From the human T2T-CHM13v2.0 reference genome, Homo sapiens: a stretch of DNA of 64,000 nt. Position numbers and translations under genes: made by a program. Of the stretch, positions 13,753 through 26,969 are shown piece by piece. The notes beneath the pieces were generated by a model. It was given only the letters and a program-made list of their open reading frames with translations. It was not told where the DNA came from and made no database searches. The stretch is from the NCBI RefSeq assembly GCF_009914755.1, contig NC_060945.1; one strand, written 5' to 3'. How positions within the stretch are numbered: the stretch's first letter is position 1; each line of letters begins with the position of its first letter.

Positions 13753-13903
13753 AGAGCCGGGTCTGATTTTCTACTGAGAGTTTTCCCTTCCTCTTCTTTT
13801 CTTTCTTTTACGTACCTACTGATTTTTCCTTTTCTTCCTCCACCTAGCCATGCTACTTTCATTTTTTACTTTATTCTCTTCCTTGTGATTTACTTTGGTG
13901 AAT
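13753..13903 (+). repeat. Putative donor copy of the 12083-12236 duplicate
   Basis: Direct sequence match agagccgggtctgattt...tttactttggtgaat. Confidence 0.95.
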
Positions 13904-14309
13904 CCAATAGGGTTAATTTATTCTTACTACTTCTCTGGTTCCCAGAGTCTAAATACAGGACCTCCCAGGAAGAAATGGGTTGGTTAGTGATTATTTGTGA
14001 TTCTACGACTTCCAAGTTGGTTAAGTCAAATTCACGATACGAAACTGAAGAAGTCAAAAGCTGTATTTTAGAAATAAGACAAATGAAACCAAGATAGAAT
14101 TTAAAAAAATGAGAATTTAAGCTAGAGCTTTCCAAGTTACTTTTCACTTCTCTTTTCTCTATCAAATGATGCATCTCTAAAAATTTGGTTCATTTTAATT
14201 TAGACTTAATTTCTTGCATCATGTAATGATAGAAAATAGAAAATATTCCACCGCTATATAGTGGTTATTTTGGATCACATCCTGTTGTAACTATCCTAAA
14301 AAAACTTTA

Positions 14310-14390
14310 CCATGTAATTACTACTATTATTTCCATTTTACATATGAGAAAATTGAGGCATGGAGAGATTAAGTATATTAAATCTCACCT
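14310..14390 (-). mobile_element. MIR fragment
   Basis: tattatttccattttacatatgagaaaattgaggcatggagagattaagt. Confidence 0.7.
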
Positions 14391-14439
14391 GTAGACATCT
14401 GGCAGTCTAGCAACATAGTGTGTGTGTATGTGGAGACTA

Positions 14440-14812
14440 CAGTAAGTCCTCACTTGATGTTAGTGATAAGTTTTTGGAAATTTTAAGCAAAGCAGCATAT
14501 AACAAAGCCAGTCTTACTAGGCTATTTGATGTAAACACGAGTTAACTTTCTATGGCATATTTCTGGTCACAAAACATCACCAAACTTCAAAAGAAAGACC
14601 AAAAGATTACTAAATGTTGTCATTGAAATAAATATGAGCTATACATACATTCAAAAAATTAATAAAAACAAGGATGATCATTACTGACCCAGTTGTTCTT
14701 GTTTAGGGTCGAGGATGACCAGAGCCTGTTCCAGCAGCTGAGAGCACAAGATGGAAACCAGCCCTGGACAGGTGTCATTCCATTGCATGCTCGCTCTCTC
14801 TCTTTCTCTATG

Positions 14813-14849
<37 letters not shown>

Positions 14850-14851
14850 TT

Positions 14852-14896
<45 letters not shown>

Positions 14897-15108
14897 TCAG
14901 ACTGGGATGGTGTAGACACGCCAGTTCACCTAACGCACACATCTCTGGAATTAGGGAGGAAACCACAGTACCCTGACAAAACCCACACAGATGTGGGGAG
15001 AACATGCAAATGCCACACAGACAATGGCCCTAGCTGGGATTGATTCTTTTCTCATCAACAGTATAATGAAAAAATATTGACCAAAATAATGTATTCAAGG
15101 ACCAGCGG
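14440..15108 (-). mobile_element. MER6A (TcMar-Tigger non-autonomous DNA transposon)
   Basis: Termini cagtaagtcctc / caaggaccagcgg with TA on both sides; internal ggaggaaacc..aaaacccacacagatgtggggagaacatgcaaa..cacacagaca matches MER6. Confidence 0.9.
14790..14893. repeat. Compound (CT)n(CA)20 microsatellite inside MER6A
   Basis: Direct reading. Confidence 0.95.
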
Positions 15109-16537
15109 TATTAGGAAGAAAAGAGCTGATATCCAATATTCCGGTAGTTCAGAGACAAGCACAGATCTATAAGTAAGCTTTTATCTTCTTATTTTCTCTA
15201 CACAAGGATTTCGCCTCAAAGAATTATTTTCCAGACTTGCTTGATAATTTCAATTTCATCACCTAGTAAAAGGAGAAGTGGGAGGAGACCCTGAGTAGTG
15301 GAAAGCAAAACGAACAATTGTTAATTTGTGAAACTGTTATTTAATTTCAAATGTTAAGTCTAAAGAAAATTCAAGATAAAAGAATAAAAAATATGTGCTT
15401 GAGCACAAATGGCTGCCGTTGTATTATTCTTCAAACACAAAAGTAAAGGAACAGTAATTTATGGAAATGTAACAAAGAAATTTGGATGCTAGCCAATTTA
15501 GAAACAAATAAAAAGCATTAATTTGAGAGAAAAAAATTCTTGCCTTCCAGAGCTACCTCCTCACTTCTGGGAGTGTTATTATTTAGCAGACTGATAATGT
15601 CAATATCCCCAACCAGAACCGGAGAGAAATAATTGAAAATCTTGGTTATCACGGGTTTCTTTTTTGTACTAAAGTTCATATGAGAAGTTTAAAGTCAATT
15701 GGAAGTAGAGAGTAAAATGAACCTGATACAGTGGAAACTTTGAAAAGGTATAGAAGCTTTAAAAAAAAGTCATCATAGTTCTCTGAATTGTAGGTATTTT
15801 CTCTTTAGGCAGCCTTCCAAAGCCCTTTCATGCTAGTGAAAGTAAGCTGTGTGCTACTTTTTGATGATATTGCCCATGATAAACCTCAAATGGTGAGGAA
15901 ATTCATTTTCAGACACAGATCTGAAGCTAACTTATCCAACTTATCTGATCAGAAAATCTTGCTGTAAATCTTTCAAAAACAAGATGACTTGTGAGATTTT
16001 TAGCAATCCAGAGTGTGTCTGGGGAGAATATGTGACATGAGCAGTTTTCTCTATGGTTTCAGCTAATAATAGGAAATCCATGACCCAAGGAAATAGAAAT
16101 CCTCACGTGAGCAAGAATATCAGGTCTTCCCAAAGCCCATAAATGTAAGAAGGATTAAATTATGTGTGCTTACTGAATTTATAATTTTATTTACTCCAAG
16201 AAGTTTCCCCACTTATCAAATTCATTGCACCTAGCTTTAGGAATTAATAGCTAAAATACAGATAATTCAAATCTATTTTGATTCTTAAAAATCAAGATCT
16301 GATCTTCAGTCCTGTTTTCTAGAGGTGATGTATAGAATGATAATATGTATCTCGAAAGTATCATCTGACCCTTCCAGTGATCTGAAGGAGCTAACTTGAT
16401 TGAGTTCAAGCAGAAACGAAGTTTTTAGGCAGTCCGATAAGTTATTGCTGACTTATTTATTTTCAATAAATAAGACTCATTTTGCTGTATTTCTTTTTCT
16501 TTTGCATAACAGTCACTTGCCACTTGGCGTAGCAAAC

Positions 16538-16851
16538 TTTTTTTTTTTTTTTTTTTTTTTTTGAGACGGAGTCTCGCTCTGTCACCCAGGCTGGAGTGCA
16601 GTGGTGCGATCTCGGCTCACTGAAAGCTCCGCCTCCCTGGTTCACGCCATTCTCCTGCCTCAGCCTCCGGAGTAGCTGGGACTACAGCCTCCCACCACCA
16701 CGCCCGACTAATTTTTTTTTTTTTTGTATTCTTAGTAGAGACGCGGTTTCACCGTGTTAGCCAGGATGGTCTCGATCTACTGACCTTGTGATCTGCCCGC
16801 GTCGGCCTCCCAAAGTGCTGGGATTGCAGGCGTGAGCCACCGCGCCCGGCC
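16538..16851 (-). mobile_element. AluY
   Basis: aagctccgcctcc..ttcacgccattctcc, ccgtgttagccaggatggtctcgatct; TSD agcaaacttt. Confidence 0.97.
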
Positions 16852-17119
16852 AGCAAACTTTAAAAGAAGAATTCAATGGGGAGATATGACAAAACTTAGA
16901 TGTTTTAGTAATACTGCATAATGTAATAATTGACCAAAATATTTTTACATTCCTTTGAGATAATACTAAATTGTATTAAAACTTAGTCTTGCTAACATAT
17001 GTGGGCCTCCTTTGCTCCAGAGGAAAGTGAGAATGTCTTAAGTCCCATTTTCAGCCCCTAGATTTATTATATAGCAACGCACAAGTCATCTTCTTCTTGT
17101 CACTCTCTTCCTGAAGGAT

Positions 17120-17225
17120 TTCAGGCAAAACACTAAATCTCTCTTGACCTCAGTTTAGTCATCTATAAAATTAGGGGATTGGAGCAGATTATCTCTGTGT
17201 CTTGTAACTGTAAAATTATATGTTT
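17120..17225 (+). mobile_element. MIR3-like fragment
   Basis: cactaaatctctc..cctcagttt..catctataaaattaggggattggagcagat. Confidence 0.6.
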
Positions 17226-18479
17226 TATATTATTTCCACATTTTTTCTTCAGTTCCCCCTACTGAGATGAAAACCTTAAAAAATGAATAGCATTTGCTAT
17301 CTTCTATCCCATTAAATATTGTTTATGAAAGTAGACACAATAAAACACTGAGCTCTTTAAAACTCAATTTTTGTAGAAAAGGATACTGGAGCTCAATAAA
17401 TGTAATTCCTTGTTCAGTCTCATGAAGACCCTTAAGAATATAACAGTAATTTAGTTGCGGACCTATTTAAATAAATATCCTATACTCTTCCTCTGACTAT
17501 TCCATCTCCAACTAAGTATATAATGTTCCATATATTTGATATTTCAAATGTGTTTTTAAAATAATGGTCATATGTGCTTTGTAATTATCTTCTTTGAGTC
17601 AAATATACTTGCAAAATCAAAAGATCGTGTGTGTATCTATTAAATTATAATGTCCACTTAAATAAAAAAAGAAACAAAGGAGACTATGAATCTAATAAGT
17701 CAAGAAACAATAACAGAGAAGCAAATAATAGCAAGTTAATATAAATGTATCAGCTCAATTTAATCATTAAGACCATCCAAACTGCAGAGGTTTACTTTTG
17801 AAAAAAGCTAAAAGTCAAATTTCAAAAAAAAAAAAAGACGGGATGGATTTTAAAACTATGCAGAGCTTATTTAAGAGCATAAACTTGATAAAAATGTAAA
17901 AAATATTGGAATTACAATAATTACATGACATCATATTACAGTATAAGAAAGTAATGTTGTTTGTTCCATCCTGTCAGTAGATGGTTAGAGGGTGGAATTA
18001 ATGTGATCAAATTATCCTTTTTCATATCATTGGCATCACTGGAGAATATCTTTTTGGAGAGATAAGAAGAGATAGATGAGGCATTTTGGGGGGAAGGAGG
18101 GATTAAATGTAAGATTTATAAATAGTTAATATTAGATAAGAGTCCTTAGGGAGTATAAACTTTCCTTTGTCTTCTGGTACATTTGTCTGCCTGTGTGGAA
18201 TATTCTAAACTCACATACACTATTTTGTACATACAAATTTTAATAACCTTTATTAGATTCTTTTAGAACAGATGGATGAAGAAAAATATTAACAGCAGCG
18301 ACTCCTTTTCTGCCATCTATTCCACATGGCAAATGATCTACAATAAGGACAAATAATTTTTATCAAAGAAAATAATTGTTTACCTATTTATTGAAAGTAT
18401 AGAAACTAGATGTAAATTGAGGTCTAAGGAAACCAGTGTTGTAAAAGAATCTAATAAAGGTTATTAAAATTATGAAATA

Positions 18480-18820
18480 ATGGTGCTAAGTAAGAACCCA
18501 TCCTACAATTCAGTGAATTAAAGCAAAAAGTATTTATTTTGATAATTTGTCTTGAGGTTGGCTGAGGTGTGGCTGTTCTAGACTGAGCAGAGATAGACTT
18601 CATTATAAGCTGTAGGCTGGGTCTGGTTAGCACCGCATGTCTCTCATCCACACACGTTGATTCTACGGATTACATAATGCGTGTGCTTCTCATCTGATGG
18701 CAGAAGCACAAGAGGGTCAAGCAGAAATATAGGATTTCTCTAAAAAGAAGAAAAGAGAATTATACACTATCATTTGTATTCACATTCTATTGACAAAAGC
18801 ACGGCTAAGCCCTACATCTA
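18480..18820 (-). mobile_element. MLT1J-like MaLR LTR
   Basis: catgtctctcatcc..gcttctcat..gatggcagaagcacaagagg..cacattctattgacaaaagca. Confidence 0.65.
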
Positions 18821-20754
18821 TTTTTTTCTAATAAAAATATTATGAAGTTAGTTTCACAAATCTTTATTCTACAGAAATTAATGTAGCTAGAATTTCTAAG
18901 CACATAATTTTTTACTGAATTCAAGAAACATATTTTACAGTCTCTTTATAAATTGTTTGATTGTAAAATAAACTATTTTTAGTTTATACTTATTTTTCCC
19001 TGCTCAACCAACAAAGTTTGATAAATTATTTTATAAATAGTCTGTTCTCCCATTGCAAAGAGATTGCCTTGCACACAATTAATATACGAAAGTGAGATAT
19101 CACCTCCTTGTAAAATTTAATAATTAAATCATCCTTCTATGAAAAGGATCATAAATGTTTTTGTTTTATTACAGGTAATCTTAGTTTTAAAGATATGAAG
19201 TCATTTGTGCTTTTCATTCTTGATGCAATCTATAGTTTTTTTTTAAGAGTTTTCCACACATTACTTATTTATCTTTATCAGCGCACATATATCTATTCCC
19301 CAGGTTATACAGAGTTCATTGATGATGACTAAGAAACACTTGATATAACTAAAAGTTTAATTTTGTATGTAGCTAAAATTCTACATGTAGCTACATTTTT
19401 AGATAGTCATTTTGTATTGTAGGAAGAAAAGTATTGGAAACAAAGAAAAATGTATCTCCATGGAAATTTCTGTATGCTAAAAATCTGTGGGTGGTTATTT
19501 CTCCTTTCCTCCTTTTAAATAAACTGGACATTATATTCTATGATCAAATATTTTATGGTTGGCTTTACTAACCTCTACTGGTTTTCATCAAATTTTTCTC
19601 CTCTTACTTCAATTTATTTAATCACTTATTGACAAAGTATGTGCCAGCCCTCTAAGATAAATCTGTAAATGAAAAACTTTCAAATAAAAAAATAAATATA
19701 TCTACTGTATTGGTAACTGTTCACTGCAGTCTTCTACACTAGCACAGAAAATATGTGCATATATCGCATGATTCTTTGTTGAGTAACTTACAAGAAAATC
19801 TGATACATTGCTCAGTGGATGAAGAAATTTGGTCATTCAGTTTAGAAAAGTAAAATCAACCAGGAAAATCTTCTCATAACTTGCGCATGTTGACAAAAAA
19901 AAAAAAAAAACCAGCATATATAAATCTGTGCTTGAGCCGAACATTCTATTTGACAACTACTGAGTTTGTCCAGATAAGGCTGTGTAAGTATTTAGCCTTG
20001 CAGCTTTATCACACGACTGTCATATACTCCATAATTGCTTTTGTAAACTTAGTCTTAATGGTGTCTAGGTTCACACCAGAGCAACCATCTGAAAATTCAG
20101 TGTCAGCTTATGATGTATGAACTTTCTTTCAGTGTGTAGATGTTTCTAATTTTTTAAATTACATTTTTGTATATTTCCATATAATGACCTAAAATCACTT
20201 TGATTCTCATCACTAAATGTTTTTCAGTTACTGTTCATGCGTACATGGTATTGCATCAGATATTATTCAAAGCTAGTTGAGTAGCATATATGGATGTTTG
20301 TTTAAACTAGCTTATATGTGTGTATATATATATGTATATATACACATATGCATAAATAGGCAGATATATAAGAAGCATACAAAGGATAATCATAAGAAAA
20401 TTACAAAGATATAAGTGAAATTATATCAATTGCAAATTCTTACCCTATTTAAATAAACATTGTATTTTTACTTAGTTATGCATATACAATTTAATGGTAT
20501 AATTTTATAAATCCTTTCTTATTTTAAAATATTTTATAGTCAAGGCCAAGAGGCTTCCTAAAATTTGGCTATATGCTAAAATTAAAAACATAATTTTATT
20601 TCCCTGAAGTCAAAATTAAGAGTTATATTTATTCTGTTTGTGGAAAATGAATCTTAATACATCTTATAATACATCCTATAATTATAATAATATCATATAA
20701 TAGAATAGTATCCTAGTTTCCTTTCCTTTTATGTTCTCTTGAATTCCTACAAAA

Positions 20755-20855
20755 TTTATTCAACAGGTAATTTTATTGAGAGCTTATCATGTGCCAGGAG
20801 CTGTCTTTGGTGTTGAGTATTGAATCATAACCCATAACAATACCCCTACTGTCAC
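20755..20855 (-). mobile_element. L2 3' end fragment
   Basis: atttattcaaca..ttattgagagcttatcatgtgccagg. Confidence 0.65.
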
Positions 20856-21481
20856 AATTGTGGTTAAAGCAATGAGGGGCATTGTGCTTGCAACAACCTC
20901 AAATAATTTTACAAATTTGCCCGTAGGATTTCTTCCCATTTGGTATTGTCACAACATTTTTCTAGCACATACTACATGTTTGAAAAACTAAACATTTTGT
21001 TTTCCATTCTCTTTATACATACTAAAGTTTTAGTTTGTAGAATTTTTTGTGTTTACTTTCTTTTTCAATGATTATTTTTCTTATTTGCATTATTTTCTTT
21101 TTCCTACTTCTTTGCCCTGTCATTTTTTCTAAACTTGGCGTCTTAATTTACAGGGAGCTGATCATAATCCTGAATTACACAGTCCTGAATACCATAATCC
21201 CAAACATTAATTTCCAAAAGATCAAAATCTCAGAGATATAATTCTGTAAAAAGTAAATATTTTTTTAGAAAAATATACATTTTTAAAGGGATTTATTTGA
21301 GAAATGTATAAAAACCCAACAGAACACTTTATAGTCCATTTTATACAATGAAATAGACAATAGTTTTTTACTTTTTTTGCAATCATAAACTTTCAGCTAT
21401 ATTATAATAGTCACATGGGAATAACAGTTATGAGGACACAAACCATGTTCATAAAATATAGTTAGATAAAGTGAATGTAAA

Positions 21482-21995
<514 letters not shown>

Positions 21996-22528
21996 TCAAA
22001 AACAAAATTGGTCACCACCACATAAACAGTGGCCCAAAGAGCCAGGATGTCAACAATTTTTATATTTCGTGAATGCAGATGTAGAAAGAGAATGTCAGTT
22101 TATTTACTGAGAAAGCTTCAACATTTTCACCTACAGGCACAATGGTTACACACAAAGTCAATGTTGTGATAATGCTCTTTTGTAAAGTCAAATTAGCAAA
22201 AAATGCATAAAACAAGTTAGAACTCTTTTAAAATCTTTACACAATTTATACCTCCAGTATTGGAAATGATACCACGATAAACCACGTATCATAGTGAATT
22301 GTAAAAAATAATGTTGACAATTTAAAATAGTGGGGAAAAACTAAGAAAAAAAAACAGACATACGAAAAAGTGCATTACAGGAATAGATTATGGGCAATTG
22401 CATGGAGGTAATCTATAAGAGCTGACCGACTTTCATTATCTTGAACTATTTTTTGAAGTCTTGCATTGCAATTAAAAGCTGCCATTTTTCTTTTAGGGCA
22501 TTGCTGTCTTCAGAGGATACATTCAAAT

Positions 22529-22900
22529 TCATTTTCTACCTGGCATTGTTCTTTTTAAAATTATTTTGATTCTATATCCACCTACAGAATTCTTCTCTGT
22601 AAAATTTTCATATTTTTTGTGCCCTGATTCTGTGTTGTTCTGGGTACTCAGAATTCTATTCCACAGACACTCATATACAGAACACAAATTTGGAGTACAC
22701 AATACTGGTGATAAAACAGCAACACCAGTGCATAAGTGTCTTCTTATCCTACTGTGCACATAACCATTTTCAAACCAGTCAATAACTTCACTGGCTGGCT
22801 TCTTCAGCAAATTCTGCTTTCATTCATTAAAAACTCTTGGAATTTCATTGGCTGGAAGGAATGCCAATGCAAGCAAGTGACACATTTTAAAACTAAAATT
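22529..22900 (-). pseudogene. Relic of MULE transposase C-terminal region
   Basis: SEVIDWFENGYVHSRIRR..PNLCSVY..STQNNTESGH resembles the MULE F-x-P-x-x-W and R-T-x-N-x-x-E-x-x-H motifs around the catalytic Glu; degenerate. Confidence 0.7.
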
Positions 22901-23261
22901 TTTGTTGTGTGCCTATGAAGTTGCCAATCCACTCTTCTGAATTTTCTGCCAAATGCAAATAAAGACAACAACAAGGTGATATGCTGCCTAATACGATGTA
23001 ACTAGCATGATGCAGCTATCCTGTGTACAATCGAAAACCACAGTAATACCTTCCCAAGCATTTGGATTTTAGGATTTCAACTCTCAGAATTCTCATCTTT
23101 TGGGATTGTGATTTTTCAGAATTTTAGATGTTAGGGACTTCAGACTTTAGAAATTTAGACTTTAAAGATTTTAATCTTTAGAGATTTTGATTATTTGAAA
23201 TTCCAACATTCGGGATTATAGTGCTCAAGATTTTTGTCTTTTGGGATTATGACCCACACAG

Positions 23262-23850
23262 TAATTTTTAAATACTCTAATGTTTAATATATGCACTTAA
23301 AATGATAATTCTCCTTCATAGTATTGAAATTGCCCAACTTATAAGTATTGATAAGTTTTATTTAGGTTTTTGATTGTAGGTATTTCATGTTTTCAATAAA
23401 TACTTTCATTCATAAATATCTTCAAATTGTTTCTTTTTTAGTTTTAATTTCCAATTGCATGAGAGATTTTGATTTAGAACTGTGTTCTGATTTACAATTT
23501 GAGTGCTTTTTGTTAAGAATGTAGTCTATATAACATCAATGTATTGGTACTTAGAGACTATTGCTCAGATACATAGTTGATACACTTTTTATGTGTGCAC
23601 TTGAAAATATATGAGTAATATAATTTTGGAGAACAGAATTCTACACACGCACAAGCACAAATATAGACACATATGTGAGCAAATTGTTAATTGCACTGTC
23701 AAATTTTTCTATGTCTTTTTCTTTCAAATTCTAATAGTATTTGTTAAAAATGGCCCACTATGACTATGCTATAGCCTTACTGTTTATGCTGTTAATTGGA
23801 TTTTATAACTGCATACATAATACTTGAGATCTAGTTTGCTCCATTGTATT
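23262..23850 (-). mobile_element. Very old L1 ORF2 fragment (probably continuous with about 20950-21150)
   Basis: atgtgtgcacttgaaaatat..attgttaattgc..tcaaatttttctat resembles antisense L1 ORF2. Confidence 0.45.
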
Positions 23851-25589
23851 ATTGCTTCTCTTCATAAGGTGAATGTTTGCTCAAAATTGTAATTCTTCTG
23901 GTAATTTATTCTTGTGTAAATTATGTCACTAAATCATTACCCATTCTACAATCCTGTCTTTCCAGATTTATAATCTTGGCGTTCCTGGTAGCTACAACTT
24001 CACCTGTGTGTTTTGCTTCAATCTAATTAGAGATGTTCTAGTGTAAAATAATGCTCATCTCTTCTTCTAATCTTGCACACTTATACCATCTCAGCTTCTA
24101 GAAGTGTCCCAGAAGCTGGACCCTCAATCAAATATTTACACCTTTGCCTAGGGTTCCAGCTATAGAAAATATAAACAGAAGACAAATGAACATAAAGAAA
24201 ATTATTTCATCTTAATCTTTTATTAAGCAATATATATTACACCTTAAATATCTGTTATCTAATATTTGATTGTCTTTTAGAAGTTTCTGATGAAAACTAT
24301 GTAATATTCCAAATTACTGATTACAGAAAGTAGGCCAAACAGGACATTTCTGTTACAAGGCTTTATCCATTTTTGAACATGAAAACTTTACCTAAGATTA
24401 TTTTGTCCAAGGAAGTAAGTTTATCTTCACTTTTACTTCAGTTGGATTGGTGTTTTATCTATATTATACACTTACATGGAAGTTATAAAAAGTTTTATTT
24501 CAATTAGAACATTCAATGTGAAAATAGGCTTTTACTCTCAAAGAAGGAGATGATGTAATATGTTTTCAATTCCTGTTCCATTTGTTCTGAATGCTGAATG
24601 TATTTCTGTTTAATTTAATGTCTTTTAGGTAGTACTTCGCAAAATTTCTTTAAAGACTATAAACAATTATCCAAATCTATATGAATAATTGCTGAGTTTT
24701 TCATTTGTCAGTATATTCTCATTATCACTAATAATTTTGCTCCAAACAGCTAAATGTTTTCCTCAAAGATATCTTTCATTTTATATCCTTTTATATAAAA
24801 AATTTTTAGTTTCCTTTAATGTTGCCAAACTAAAAAAAAAAAAAATGGCAGGACAGTAAAATGCTGTGAAGTCACCTTGTTCTTTCAATTCTTCTGTTTT
24901 CTGCCTCAAAGTGGTAATAAAAACCAGGATATGTATTTCTTAGTTGGCCCTGAATCAATCATCAATCGGTTATTCAGTCAATCACTTTTATTTTCCCCCT
25001 TTTCCTTAAAAGAACTTTTTCAGGGGTCTGCAATAATGGCCATTCTACATAGACTCAACTTATGATCATGGGATTCTTGGATTTAATTTTTCTTTTATTC
25101 TTTTTTCATACAGTTTTTGTGAGAAGCGTCAATTAGCAAAGTAGTTTTCAGATATTCCTGTTTTTGTCAACTAACATTATGTACAATCAAAACTAACTTT
25201 ATTGACAATTATTTTTAATTTACATTCGTAATATGGTCAGCATTGATATTAATATTTTAAAGACATGAAGAGTAGGGAGGATAGATATTATGTTTAACCT
25301 AAAGAAGAGATAGAAAGACAATGAGCCTCCATCCTCCATCCATCCTTTTCCAAATTATAAATTCCTCACCTCCCTTAAAAAATACAATCATGTTTTTTAA
25401 GTCATGTAAATAGTAGTAGTCAATTATAGTATCTTTTAATAAAATAATTCATAAATTAAATGCAAAATTGTACCTCCTCATATATATATATAACTTTAAA
25501 TGACACTAATCTTGTACAAATCCTTCAAATTTTTTCATGCATCTTTAAACCTCATGCATATTCAAACCTCACACATATTCAAAAGTATG

Positions 25590-25770
25590 TGTGTGCTAGG
25601 TAAACATAGAAGACATCCCCTATTGATCTCCACCTCCTGATATTCACATTTGTCGTAAACCCTTCTTGAATATGGGCTGAACCTAACAGCTAGCTTCTAT
25701 TTAACACAGTACAGCACAAGGGGAAGGACACCACTTCCATGAGGAAGTTATGAAAGATTGTGATTTTCTT
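25590..25770 (+). mobile_element. MLT1E/F-like LTR 5' part
   Basis: tgatctccacctcctgatattcac..cccttcttgaatatgggctgaacctaac..gcttcta..ccacttccatga. Confidence 0.65.
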
Positions 25771-26672
25771 TTGTGGAGTATATTAATAGATCCCAGGAAT
25801 TCATGGTCAAAAATTCTTGTTGGATCATTACTCTGACCATTCTAACCCTGCTCCTATTAAATCATGGTTATACCAGACTTAATGGCTGGAAATAACAGGA
25901 ATGCTCAATAAATGCTTATCTGTTCTACTGTGAAATCTACCCCTGGTTTGTCAATTACTGCAAAACGTGAGTGAGTCTGCGCATAGGCCAAGAGTCTGTG
26001 GTAAAGGAAGGCTTTTTCGCTGTAAATACTCAGAATGTTTCTTACTATTCCACTGGAAAATGAAGCAAGCTTCTAAGTATGCTCTTGGTAAAGAAAAATA
26101 CTTTGATGTATGTGATCTTTAGAATAGTAGTTTCCTGCTATGATTAATTCTAAGAGTTTCAAATCTGCTAGTTAGAGTGAAATGGTAAGTGGCCTGTTAG
26201 CCCATGTCTGCTGCATGATAGGCCCAGTGGGACCACAAACCAAAATATCCTCATGGTTATTTTCTCTAGTCTGGTAAATATTTGGAATGAACAATTCTGC
26301 AATAAGAAAAATTTCCATTGTGGTTCCCTGACTTTTGAAGTATGGATTTTATGATGGAAAGGACAATGCCCAGGAAAGTTTCTTTCCCTAAAAGTATCGT
26401 CAATCAAAACAATTGCTTACTCCTTGGAAGATTATAGAGATTAGCAACTCTATCAAACACTTGAAGGAAACCCTGTGTAGTTTTCTAAATAATCTCATTT
26501 TCAAAAAATAGACTTTAAAAAAATAAAAATAGAAATTTCAAGTTCACAGAAAAATTTAGCAGAAGATACAGAAATTTTCTGTATAGCTCCTGCCCCCATA
26601 CATGCATAGACTCCCCCATTATCAACATCCCCCACCAGAGTGCTACATTGGTTACAATTGGATTATCTAAAT

Positions 26673-26969
26673 TGCCGGGTGTGATGACTCATGCCTATAA
26701 TCCCAGTGCTTTGGGATGCCAAGGTGAAAGCATCTCTTGAGGCCAGGAGTTTGAGATCAGCCTGGACAGCAGAGTGAGACCTCATCTCTTGAAAAAATAA
26801 AAAAATAAAAAATTGGCCAGTGTGGTGGGTAGTCCTAGCTACCAGAAAGCTGAGGCAGGAGGATCGCTTGAGCACAGGAGTTTGAGATTACAGTGAGCTA
26901 TGACTGAGCAACTGCACTCCAGCCTCGGTAAGAGAGCAAGACTCTGTCTCAAAACAAAACAAAACACAA
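26673..26969 (+). mobile_element. AluJ (Jo-like) in L1
   Basis: ggatcgcttgagcacaggagtttgag..cagtgagctatga; flanking ctaaatt repeat. Confidence 0.92.

Noticed and set aside
14659-15043. ORFs with CV/ER/HT dipeptide runs
   Set aside because: Translations of the (CT)n(CA)n microsatellite
23060-23260. Short recurring gatttt/gactttag motifs resembling an array
   Set aside because: Explained as the subterminal repeats of the Ricksha element
24281-24414. Possible 134-nt exon (cttttag / gaa|gtaagt)
   Set aside because: Stops in all three frames and no independent support; such site pairs are common by chance
25535-25585. Three degenerate 17-bp tandem units
   Set aside because: Ordinary slippage repeat with nothing to suggest function
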